A stretch of 64,000 nt of DNA from a bacterium (GTDB lineage: Bacteria > Myxococcota_A > UBA9160 > UBA4427). The notes below the pieces were generated by a model. The model was not told the origin of the DNA. It ran no database searches and worked only from the letters and a program-made list of their open reading frames with translations. Where the stretch lies: assembly GCA_024742285.1 (NCBI GenBank), contig JANSYR010000003.1, positions 381,657-445,656 on the forward strand, in the 5' to 3' direction. The position numbers and the translations under genes are program-made. Positions 27,274 through 35,090 of this stretch are shown piece after piece (positions within the stretch are counted from its first letter, which is position 1; each line of letters starts with the position of its first letter).

Positions 27274-28311
27274 CTAGCCGTCCTTCCGATACTCCTCGAC
27301 GATCGGCGCCAGCTCCGTCGGCGTCGCCCCGTGCAGGATCACCCCGTCGCAGCCGAGGTCCATCTGGTGGCGGATCGCGGCGACGCACTGCGCGGGCGAT
27401 CCGGTGGCGGAGTAGGACAGCCACTCGTCCGGGATCAGCGTGGCGATGTGCTCGAGCTCTTCGGTCGTGGCCTTCACGTCGATCCCGCCCTGGAAGGTCG
27501 AAACCAGCTCGTCGGCCCGGAAGCGTTCGAGGACGGCCTCGTCCCAGCCGTTGGTGCCGACGAGCAGATCGCCGTAGCCCTGGAGGTAGGTCGCGAGTCG
27601 GCCGACCGACTTCATCAGCCGCTTCTCCTCGGGGAGGTGGTCGCCGATCGTCGCGAAGCAGGACCAGACCTTCACGTCGTCGGGGTCGCGCCCGGCCTGC
27701 TCGGCCGCCTGCTTGACGGTCTTGACCGCGCGCTCGGTCGTCTCGTCGCTGAAGTAGGTGTGGAGCACGACCTCGTCGAAGACGCGGCCGCCGAGGGCGA
27801 GGGAGTTCGGCCCGAAGGCCACGAGCAGGAGCGGGACCTCGCGGGCGACGTTCGGGCCGAGATGGAGGAAGGGGTAGCTCCCGATCGGGCCGTCGTGGCC
27901 GATCACCGGCTCGCCCCCGAGCAGCTTCCGCGTGACGCCGACGAAGTCCTCCATCTGTGCCGTCGTGATCGGCGGGATGCCGTAGGCCTTCTGCATGGGG
28001 ACGATTCCGCGGCCGATCCCCAGGACGAAACGCCCGCCGGTCATGCCGTGCATCGTGAGCGCATAGCCCGCCGTCACGATCGGGTGTCGCGTGTTGTGGT
28101 TCGTGCAGGCCGTCGCGATCCGGATCGAGTCGGTGACCGCGCCGGCGGCCCCCGAGAGCGTGCAGATCTCCTTCTGGTTGTACCGCTCCGAGAGGAAGGC
28201 GGTTCCCAGGCCCATCGCCTCGCCGGCCCGGACCTCTTCGATCAGATCACGGGGCGATTCGGGCTGTCCGGCCAGGGCGTAGAAGCCGAGCTCGGGATTG
28301 ACGGCGGTCAT
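27274..28311 (-). CDS. LLM-class (luciferase-like) flavin/F420-dependent oxidoreductase
   Basis: 345 aa with typical luciferase-like TIM-barrel sequence (GLGTAFLSERYN...RFVLGIGRG...). Its ATG overlaps the stop of the upstream membrane-protein gene (ATGA). Confidence 0.88.
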   Translation of the reverse strand: MTAVNPELGFYALAGQPESPRDLIEEVRAGEAMGLGTAFLSERYNQKEICTLSGAAGAVTDSIRIATACTNHNTRHPIVTAGYALTMHGMTGGRFVLGIGRGIVPMQKAYGIPPITTAQMEDFVGVTRKLLGGEPVIGHDGPIGSYPFLHLGPNVAREVPLLLVAFGPNSLALGGRVFDEVVLHTYFSDETTERAVKTVKQAAEQAGRDPDDVKVWSCFATIGDHLPEEKRLMKSVGRLATYLQGYGDLLVGTNGWDEAVLERFRADELVSTFQGGIDVKATTEELEHIATLIPDEWLSYSATGSPAQCVAAIRHQMDLGCDGVILHGATPTELAPIVEEYRKDG

Positions 28312-28805
28312 GAAGGATCTCCTGTGGCGTTCGGGTCTCGGGTGTCCTCCGGATCCTGCGCCGCTCCGGGGATCTCCGCCAGCGCCGCCGCGAACCAGAC
28401 CGAGACGACGGGCCAGGCGAAGAGGATCCAGAGAACGAAGGGCAGGGCGTCCGAGAGGAGCATCGAGACGAAGGGCAGCTGCGCTGCCTTGTAGACGCGC
28501 TCGGTCAGATTGAGCGCGAGGTGGCCGGTGAAGAGGAGCGCGAGTCCGGCTCCGAGCCCGACGAGACGACGTCGCAGGGCGAGGCGCGGCGTGACGAGCA
28601 TGAGCCCGACGAAGGGGACCCAGTTGATGTAGCGCTGGCGGAAGGCGCCGACCCGGGCGTCCCCGAAGCCGATCGCGTCATAGATCGGGGGCGCGACGGT
28701 CTTGAGGAAGCGTCCGTAGAGGACGCGTCCGCCCTCCTCCCAGAACCAGGTGAGCCCGATCGTGATCAGTACGAAGGCCACGATGATCGCAATCGCGCGT
28801 CTCAT
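28308..28805 (-). CDS. Small multi-TM membrane protein, exosortase-coupled
   Basis: 165 aa starting at MRRAIAIIVAFVLITIGL, internal to ORF 28308..29414. About 4 TM helices. The ATG overlaps the exosortase stop (ATGA) and the stop overlaps the LLM start. Confidence 0.7.
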   Translation of the reverse strand: MRRAIAIIVAFVLITIGLTWFWEEGGRVLYGRFLKTVAPPIYDAIGFGDARVGAFRQRYINWVPFVGLMLVTPRLALRRRLVGLGAGLALLFTGHLALNLTERVYKAAQLPFVSMLLSDALPFVLWILFAWPVVSVWFAAALAEIPGAAQDPEDTRDPNATGDPS

Positions 28806-29416
28806 CGGTGGACGAAGATCCGGATCCAGCCGTAGAGCACGCTCACGATCATCGCAATCAGCGTCGCCTGCCAGAAGTAGACGTGGAAGAAGTCGAAATA
28901 CTCGCCCTGGTACCGGCCGACGAGCAGGAGCGTCACGATCCGCAGCAGGTTGAAGACGAAGATCGCGAGGCAGCCGAAGATCACGCCGGCTGCGCGTGTT
29001 CGCAGGGGCGCAGGGAAGGCGAGGACGCAGGCCGAGTAGATCAACATCTCGAGCAGTCCGACGCACTCGATGATGATCGAGACCGCGAAGCCGTCGTAGG
29101 TCACGAGCTGGTCGCGCAGGGTCGTCGCGTCCGTGAAGAGGCGCAGGAAGACATGGACGCTGGTCGCGGTGAAGGCGGAGAGGTCTTCGAGCGGCTCTCG
29201 GAGGGACTCGAGGGCGACATTGAACGCGCTGCCAATCACCAGCAGGTAGGCGACGACGAGGAGCGGATACCGCACCTGCGGATTCGACCAGTGTGCGCGG
29301 ATCCGGTCGGTGGGCGCCTCGGCCGCGCCGCTCGGCTCGGCCGAAGCCGGCTCCGGAGTCTCGGACCCTTCCGGGTTCCCGGGCATGGCGCGTTCCGCAG
29401 ACGGGAGCGCGCACAC
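28802..29416 (-). CDS. Minimal exosortase/archaeosortase-family transpeptidase
   Basis: 204 aa, with a core of about 165 aa. Polytopic, with the three family catalytic motifs in order: Cys (VSIIIECVGLLEML), Arg (FNLLRIVTLLLVG), His (FDFFHVYFWQ). An alternative start exists at MPGNPEG. Confidence 0.8.
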   Translation of the reverse strand: MCALPSAERAMPGNPEGSETPEPASAEPSGAAEAPTDRIRAHWSNPQVRYPLLVVAYLLVIGSAFNVALESLREPLEDLSAFTATSVHVFLRLFTDATTLRDQLVTYDGFAVSIIIECVGLLEMLIYSACVLAFPAPLRTRAAGVIFGCLAIFVFNLLRIVTLLLVGRYQGEYFDFFHVYFWQATLIAMIVSVLYGWIRIFVHR

Positions 29417-29489
29417 CGGGTGTCGGATCGGCTTCCCGCCCTGGTGGTGGGCAGTCTTCCGACGCTAGCTCATCGGCCTCGTGCGCCGC

Positions 29490-30221
29490 TCAGACGCGGC
29501 CGGCGAGGAGGTTCTTCTCGGCGTATCGATAGCCGAGTCCGCGCACGGTCTCGATCGCGTCCTTCGCCCCGGCGAGCTTTCGGCGAAGACTCTTCACGTG
29601 CGCGTCGACGCTTCGCTCGGTCGGGTTCTCGCCCGGTCGCCAGGCCTCGTCGATCAGGTCGCGCCGACTGAGTACACGGCCTTCGTGCCGAGCGAGCGTC
29701 GCGAGCAGCTCGAACTCCCGGGGCGTCAGCGGCAGCTCGAGTCCCTCGAAGCGCACGGTTCGGCGCTCCTCGTCGATCATGAGGGGGCTCGGAAGCTGTG
29801 GCTCGCGCCGCGTGGATTCCCGGCTCGGCGCATCGCTTCGACGGAGGACCGCGCGGATCCGGGAGGCGAGCTCGCGCTGGAAGAAGGGCTTGGGCACGAA
29901 ATCGTCCGCGCCACATTCGAAGGCGAGGATCCGGTCGCTCTCGTGGGACCACTCCGAGAGCAGGACGACGGGGACCTCCGCGAGCAGTCGGTTCTCGCGC
30001 ACGTGCCGGCAGACGGAGAAGCCGGATCCGTCCGGCAGGGCCAGCTCGCTCAGGACCAGGCGCGGAGCGCCGCGATCCATGCGGTCGAACGCCTCCGTGA
30101 CGGTCTTCGCGCAGACGAGCTCGAGGTGCGTCTCGACGAGCGCCTCGCGAACGAGCGCCGCGGTTCCTGCGTCGGAATCGACGAGGAGAGCGAAATTCTG
30201 TTCCGGTTCCGCGGGGGTCAT
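29490..30221 (-). CDS. OmpR/PhoB-family response regulator (no adjacent histidine kinase)
   Basis: Receiver domain (LLVDSD...VLSELALPDGSG...KPF) plus a winged-helix trans_reg_C domain (LTPREFELLATLARHEGRVLSRRDLID...VDAHVKSLRRKL...IETVRGLGYRY). The track ORF extends to 30239. Confidence 0.9.
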   Translation of the reverse strand: MTPAEPEQNFALLVDSDAGTAALVREALVETHLELVCAKTVTEAFDRMDRGAPRLVLSELALPDGSGFSVCRHVRENRLLAEVPVVLLSEWSHESDRILAFECGADDFVPKPFFQRELASRIRAVLRRSDAPSRESTRREPQLPSPLMIDEERRTVRFEGLELPLTPREFELLATLARHEGRVLSRRDLIDEAWRPGENPTERSVDAHVKSLRRKLAGAKDAIETVRGLGYRYAEKNLLAGRV

Positions 30222-30585
30222 GGTGCCACGCCGGAGCAAATCATCCTCGCGTCACAAAACGGTGACAGACCGGCGAGGAATTTCGAACGATCGCGTGTCG
30301 CTTGGTCGGACCGTGCAAGTTGCGGCGCGAGTTGCCGGTTCCCGTCGGGAATACAGAGGCGCTCACCCCCGTGCCTCCACCCCGGCGGGCAGAACCCCCT
30401 TCGTCGAACCTCCTCACGGTCTCACCAAATCGTCACGGGGGCGCGACTCGATCGTGTCATCGCCCGTTCATACTGCGCCGCGTCGGAGGGGGGCCCATCC
30501 CCGAGTGGTCAAGCACCCGTTCCAAGCCTCCGACGCCCAGCTTACTCCCAAGCAAGACTCCAACGACACACGGAAGAGAGAGAAG

Positions 30586-32250
30586 ATGCGATTCAGCAAG
30601 TTCATGCAGTTCGCGCTCGCGCTGGCCGTCGCCGGCGCAGCGAGCGTCGCAGGGGCGCAGACCACGGTGGTTTCGACCGACGTGACGACCCCCACGACCT
30701 GGTGTGATGACGAGACCGAGATGTTCCTCCTGAGCCCGATCTTCGTGAGCTCCAAGCTCACGATCGAGCCCGGCTGCATCATCCGCGGCAACCCGCGCGG
30801 TGAGGCCTTCGATGCCACCCCTGGGAACGAGACGAACGGCGCGCCGGGTGCGCTGATCATCTCGCAGGACGGTTTCCTCGACGCGCAGGGCACGGCCAGC
30901 AACCCGATCATCATGACGACGGGCGCCCAGGACACGAACGGCGACAACATCGCCGACGACTTCGACGCCAACACCTTCGCCGATCCGTGGGACGGCAACG
31001 GTGCGGTTCCGGCGCTCCTCGACGATACGCCGGCCACCAACCCGATCGCGCCCCTCGATGCGGCGGGCAACCAGAACGCCGGCCTCTGGGGCGGCCTGGT
31101 GATCCTCGGTCGCGCGCCGACCAACCTCGGCGAGAACCTGATCGTGGGCTACGGCTCGGACACGGTCGAAGGCCTCGCGGTCCCCGGCTTCCCGGCCGGC
31201 GGTGCGCGCTACGGCGGCTACCAGCCCCACGACTCGTCGGGCATCCTCCGCTACGTCTCGGTCCGCAACGCGGGTGACGAGATCGGTGCGGGCAACGAAC
31301 TCAACGGCATCACCCTCGGCGGCGTCGGCGACGGCACGATCTTCGAGTTCGTCGAGGTCTGGGCCAACGACGACGACGGCATGGAGTGGTTCGGCGGTAC
31401 GGTCAACGGCCGCAACCTCGTGAACGCCATGATCGGTGACGACTCGCTCGACATCGACCAGGGCTTCAGCGGCAACATCCAGAACGCGGTCGTCCTCCAG
31501 ACCTTCTTCAACGAGAACGGCGGCACGGACTTCGGTGCGGCGTCCGGCGACAACATCGGTGAGTGGGACGGCGACGACTGCGCAGGCTGCAACGTGCAGA
31601 TCGACGACCTCACCTTCGGTCAGCCCACGGTTCCGCAGTCCTGGCCCAACGCCAACCCGGCCATCTACAACCTGACGGCGCTCGGTGCGGCCGACGAGGA
31701 CTCGAACAACCCGGCGGTCTCCCCGACGACCGGCAGCCGCGGCCTCCGCCCGCGCGATGGTTGGACGGGCGTCGTGGCCAACTCGATCATCAACAACACG
31801 AACGGCACGCCCTGCGACGTCGAGTCCGACGCGGGTTCGCACGAGGCCGACATCGTTCGCATCGTCGCTTCGACCTTCGCGGACGCAGGAACCGCCCCGA
31901 ACGCGAACTGCCTCACGGCGGCCGCGAACGGCGACGCGGCGGTCACCGCCGGCGAGTACGACGGCGGCTCCGCCAACTTCACGGCGGTCACCGGCGAGAT
32001 CCTGGTCGAAGACAACTACTTCTTCGATCCCCAGGGTGGTGCCGGTGGCAAGATGATCGGCTCGAAGGTCGGTGATCCGGCGGATCCCCGCCCGGCGAAC
32101 CCGACCGACGCCAACGTGTCGGGCGGTGTCCGACCCCGCGGTGCGGGCCTCGACGCCTCGGCGACCTACCGCGGCGCCTTCCCGGCCTCGCAGCCGCTCT
32201 GGACGGCCGGTTGGACGGTCCTCAGCACGGGCGGTGTCTTCGTCGAGTAG
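30586..32250 (+). CDS. Secreted 554-aa protein, Gly/Asp/Asn-rich (beta-helix-like?), function unknown
   Basis: In frame with the tail of ORF 29779..32250. ATG after GGAAGAGAGAGAAG. Signal peptide MRFSKFMQFALALAVAGAASVAGAQ. C-terminus ...YRGAFPASQPLWTAGWTVLSTGGVFVE. Confidence 0.8.
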   Translation: MRFSKFMQFALALAVAGAASVAGAQTTVVSTDVTTPTTWCDDETEMFLLSPIFVSSKLTIEPGCIIRGNPRGEAFDATPGNETNGAPGALIISQDGFLDAQGTASNPIIMTTGAQDTNGDNIADDFDANTFADPWDGNGAVPALLDDTPATNPIAPLDAAGNQNAGLWGGLVILGRAPTNLGENLIVGYGSDTVEGLAVPGFPAGGARYGGYQPHDSSGILRYVSVRNAGDEIGAGNELNGITLGGVGDGTIFEFVEVWANDDDGMEWFGGTVNGRNLVNAMIGDDSLDIDQGFSGNIQNAVVLQTFFNENGGTDFGAASGDNIGEWDGDDCAGCNVQIDDLTFGQPTVPQSWPNANPAIYNLTALGAADEDSNNPAVSPTTGSRGLRPRDGWTGVVANSIINNTNGTPCDVESDAGSHEADIVRIVASTFADAGTAPNANCLTAAANGDAAVTAGEYDGGSANFTAVTGEILVEDNYFFDPQGGAGGKMIGSKVGDPADPRPANPTDANVSGGVRPRGAGLDASATYRGAFPASQPLWTAGWTVLSTGGVFVE

Positions 32251-32281
32251 CCCTCGGCGAAGCACGGTCCCAGAGCACCTT

Positions 32282-32307
32282 CCTACGGAAAGAGCCTACG
32301 GAAAGAG
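32282..32307. repeat. 13-bp perfect tandem duplication in the 5' leader of the PEP-CTERM gene
   Basis: cctacggaaagag occurs twice (32282-32294, 32295-32307). Each copy carries an SD-like GGAAAGAG. It lies 9 nt upstream of ATG 32316. Confidence 0.9.
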
Positions 32308-32315
32308 AGAATGCA

Positions 32316-33038
32316 ATGATGAAGAATCTGACGAAGCTCGCGTTCGCTGCCGGTCTCGCCGCCCTCGTGGCGGGCCCCGCCAGCGCGAGCCTGGTCGCCG
32401 GGTGGGACTTCTCCGACCTGTCTGGGGACTCGGCCAGCGTGCCGACGAACTCGCCGGCGAATGTGGTCGGCTCGGCGACGGCGACGGCGCTCAACGTGAG
32501 TGGCGACGTGGTGGCCTCGACCCTGCGCCCCGGCGCGGCGGAAGCCGATCAGTCGGGTCTCGTCGGCGGGATCAACGGATTCCCGTCCACGCAGGATCCG
32601 ACCTTCGCAGCCGGAGAGACCGGCTTCGATCGCCGCGGTGAGCTGCTCGGCCTCACGGCCCGCGACGCGGCGACCGCGGAGTTCGACGTGACCCTGGCGG
32701 CGCCGACCGCCGAAATCTGGGTGGTCACCTTCGGTGCCGATGCCCTCAGCAACGACTCGGATGATTCGACGGACGTCACCGTGTCCTTCGGCGGCAGCTG
32801 CGGCGGCGCGGCCAGCGTCGCCACGGTCGAGATCCAGCCGGGTGATACCGAGGTCAGGCTGTTCCTCGGACAGCTCGGCTCGGCCGGTGGCTGCGTCGTC
32901 CTCGAGATGGACGGCTCGACCACCCAGCCGCTGATCGACAACGTGGCGATCTCGACGGTCGTTCCGGAGCCGGGCACGGGAGCGATGCTCCTGGCCGGGG
33001 CTGCGGGCCTGATCGTCGCGGCGCGTCGTCGTCGCTGA
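32316..33038 (+). CDS. Secreted PEP-CTERM (VPEPG) sorting-domain protein
   Basis: 240 aa from MMKNLTKLAFAAGLAALVAGPASA. C-terminus STVVPEPGTGAMLLAGAAGLIVAARRRR. Confidence 0.85.
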   Translation: MMKNLTKLAFAAGLAALVAGPASASLVAGWDFSDLSGDSASVPTNSPANVVGSATATALNVSGDVVASTLRPGAAEADQSGLVGGINGFPSTQDPTFAAGETGFDRRGELLGLTARDAATAEFDVTLAAPTAEIWVVTFGADALSNDSDDSTDVTVSFGGSCGGAASVATVEIQPGDTEVRLFLGQLGSAGGCVVLEMDGSTTQPLIDNVAISTVVPEPGTGAMLLAGAAGLIVAARRRR

Positions 33039-33094
33039 GGGTCCTGGGAGGGCCTTCGCGGGGCCACCCGCGGCGGGGTCCTCCGCTGAATCCA

Positions 33095-33126
33095 GAGAGC
33101 CGTCGTCCGGAAGGGCGGCGGCTCTC
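33095..33126 (+). terminator. Candidate hairpin terminator
   Basis: GAGAGCCGTCG-tccggaaggg-CGGCGGCTCTC: an 11-bp stem with one G-U pair, 57 nt after the PEP-CTERM gene stop. Confidence 0.4.
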
Positions 33127-33187
33127 GCCGTTCGGGGCTAACTCCCGCAACGCGCCTCCACGTCTGCAACGACCGGGAATCGATCCG

Positions 33188-34036
33188 ATGTCCTCCTCTC
33201 ACCGCCGATCCGCTCCCTCGCGCCTCGCGGCGCCCTCCGTCCTCGTCGCGCTCGCGATGGGTCTCGCTGCCTGCGCCGCCTCGCCGCCGCAGCTCGCCCT
33301 CGACGCGCCCACGCCGGCGGAGCAGGTCCGGGGCGAGATCTATCACGCCGAAGACGAAGCGGCGCCGGTCGTGACGCTCCAGAACCTGCCGCGCAGCGAA
33401 CGCTTCTGGCCCCATCAGATCCAGCTCACGACCGACTGGAAGCCGGAAGGCTGGGAGGGCGACTTCGGCTGGGGCATGGGCGTGGTGATCGAAGTCGACG
33501 ATCAGTCCCGAATCCGGGTCGACTTCTCACGCTTCGGGAAGCATTGGATTCCCGCCGAAGTGACCGACGTCGTCGCGCGCGCGAACCAGATCCGGACCGG
33601 CGAGTCGGTGAAGTTCAAACCGAACCTGGTGCTCGCCCTCGGCAACCGCCTGCTCGACCCGACCGGGCGGACCCTCGCCGAGTCGAGCGTCGATCTGCTC
33701 GCTCAGAACGCGTTCGTGCTCGTGTTCGCGGATCCCCGGGACGAGGGTTTTCCCGATCTCGTGGCGAGCCTGTCCCCGCTCTTCGGTCGCGAGCGGTTCC
33801 ATTGCGTGCTGCTTCCCCAGGGTGGTCATCCCGATTTCCACGTCTGGAAGGCCGTCCACGACGCCGGCTGGAAGGGATCGTTCCTCCTCGACCGGTTCTC
33901 ACCGGCCTACACCGAGGGGTTCCTCGAGTCGGGGACGGCACTCCCCCGGGTCGAAGTCCGCTCACCCGAAGGGCGGCGCGTCTGGCAGGGCGGCGCGGGG
34001 GACGTCGCGGAGATCGAGGGGGCCTTCGGCACGTGA
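33188..34036 (+). CDS. Lipoprotein of unknown function
   Basis: 282 aa. Lipobox LAMGLAAC. No family recognised. Confidence 0.75.
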   Translation: MSSSHRRSAPSRLAAPSVLVALAMGLAACAASPPQLALDAPTPAEQVRGEIYHAEDEAAPVVTLQNLPRSERFWPHQIQLTTDWKPEGWEGDFGWGMGVVIEVDDQSRIRVDFSRFGKHWIPAEVTDVVARANQIRTGESVKFKPNLVLALGNRLLDPTGRTLAESSVDLLAQNAFVLVFADPRDEGFPDLVASLSPLFGRERFHCVLLPQGGHPDFHVWKAVHDAGWKGSFLLDRFSPAYTEGFLESGTALPRVEVRSPEGRRVWQGGAGDVAEIEGAFGT

Positions 34037-34202
34037 CCTCGGAAGCGGTTGGAGGGGTCTGTCGCGTGCGCTTCGTGTGTCCATTCTGTGAAGACGAGAG
34101 CATCTATTTGACAAAGCCGTGAGGAAAGAGCGGACGGTCGTGAACGCGCGTCGTGAACTGGTAAAAAGACGCCAACCCGACACGCGGTGAGAACCAATCC
34201 CC

Positions 34203-34997
34203 ATGCGATCCGTACCCTCCTGCTCGAAATCCATCCTCCTCGTCCTCTGCGGCGCGATCAGCCTCGCGCCGATGGCCGCCCTGGCCGAGTCGGACGGGGC
34301 CTCCGTCTCCGCCTTCCGCTCGAAGATGGAGAAGTGGGTCGAGACCCGGCAGATCCTCTCGGAAGAGCGCGCCGAATGGCTCGTCGAGAAGGAGAGTCTC
34401 GCCGCGACGCGCAAGCTCCTTCGGCGTGAACGCGACGATCTCCGAGCGGAGATCAAGGAGTTCGAGGAGACCGGCGCCGACGCGAGCGAGGAGCGCCGCG
34501 AGCTGCTTCTCCAGCGCGCCGAGTATCAGCGTTCTGCAGAGCTCCTCGAAACCGAGATCCGGCGCCTCGAGGCGCAGGTGCTCGCGCTCGCTCCTCAGCT
34601 TCCGGATCCCCTCCGCGACCGGCTCGACCTCCTCCTGGTCCAGATCCCCGAGGATCCGAACAACACGCGGATCGCCCTCGGGCAGCGCCTGATGAACGTC
34701 CTCGGCGTGCTCGCACAGGCCGAGAAGTGGAACAGCACCGCGACCTTCGTCGGCGAGACCCGCCCGGTCGGTCCCGACGGCCAGCGCATCCAGGTGCGCA
34801 CCCTCTACTGGGGCCTCGGACAAGCCATCTACGTGGACACCCAGGGCCAGGTGGCCGGGATCGGCCGCCCCGGGGCCGAAGGCTGGTCCTTCGTGGACAA
34901 CGCGGCCCTCGCGGACGACGCGAAGCTCTTCCTCGACATCTACGAAGGCAACGTGGACACGATCGCCTTCGTCCCGGTTCCCGTCGAAGTCGAATAA
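34203..34997 (+). CDS. DUF3450-like periplasmic coiled-coil protein (TtpB-like, TonB2-type system)
   Basis: 264 aa with a signal peptide and a long coiled-coil region. First gene of a cluster ordered like Vibrio ttpB-ttpC-exbB2-exbD2-tonB2-ttpD. Confidence 0.75.
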   Translation: MRSVPSCSKSILLVLCGAISLAPMAALAESDGASVSAFRSKMEKWVETRQILSEERAEWLVEKESLAATRKLLRRERDDLRAEIKEFEETGADASEERRELLLQRAEYQRSAELLETEIRRLEAQVLALAPQLPDPLRDRLDLLLVQIPEDPNNTRIALGQRLMNVLGVLAQAEKWNSTATFVGETRPVGPDGQRIQVRTLYWGLGQAIYVDTQGQVAGIGRPGAEGWSFVDNAALADDAKLFLDIYEGNVDTIAFVPVPVEVE

Positions 34998-35090
34998 CGA
35001 AGGCGGACGTCGCGCGGCGTCCGCCAGCGACCCCCTCGATTCCCCGCCGTTCCGAACTGCGCGATCGCGCGACGCCCACGGATCGAATCC

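Noticed and set aside
34137-34158. Direct repeat GTCGTGAAC-gcgc-GTCGTGAAC and a TTGACA hexamer upstream of the DUF3450 gene as promoter or operator
   Set aside because: No convincing -10 element lies at the proper spacing from TTGACA, and a 13-bp repeat period is atypical for response-regulator sites. It is too weak to call.
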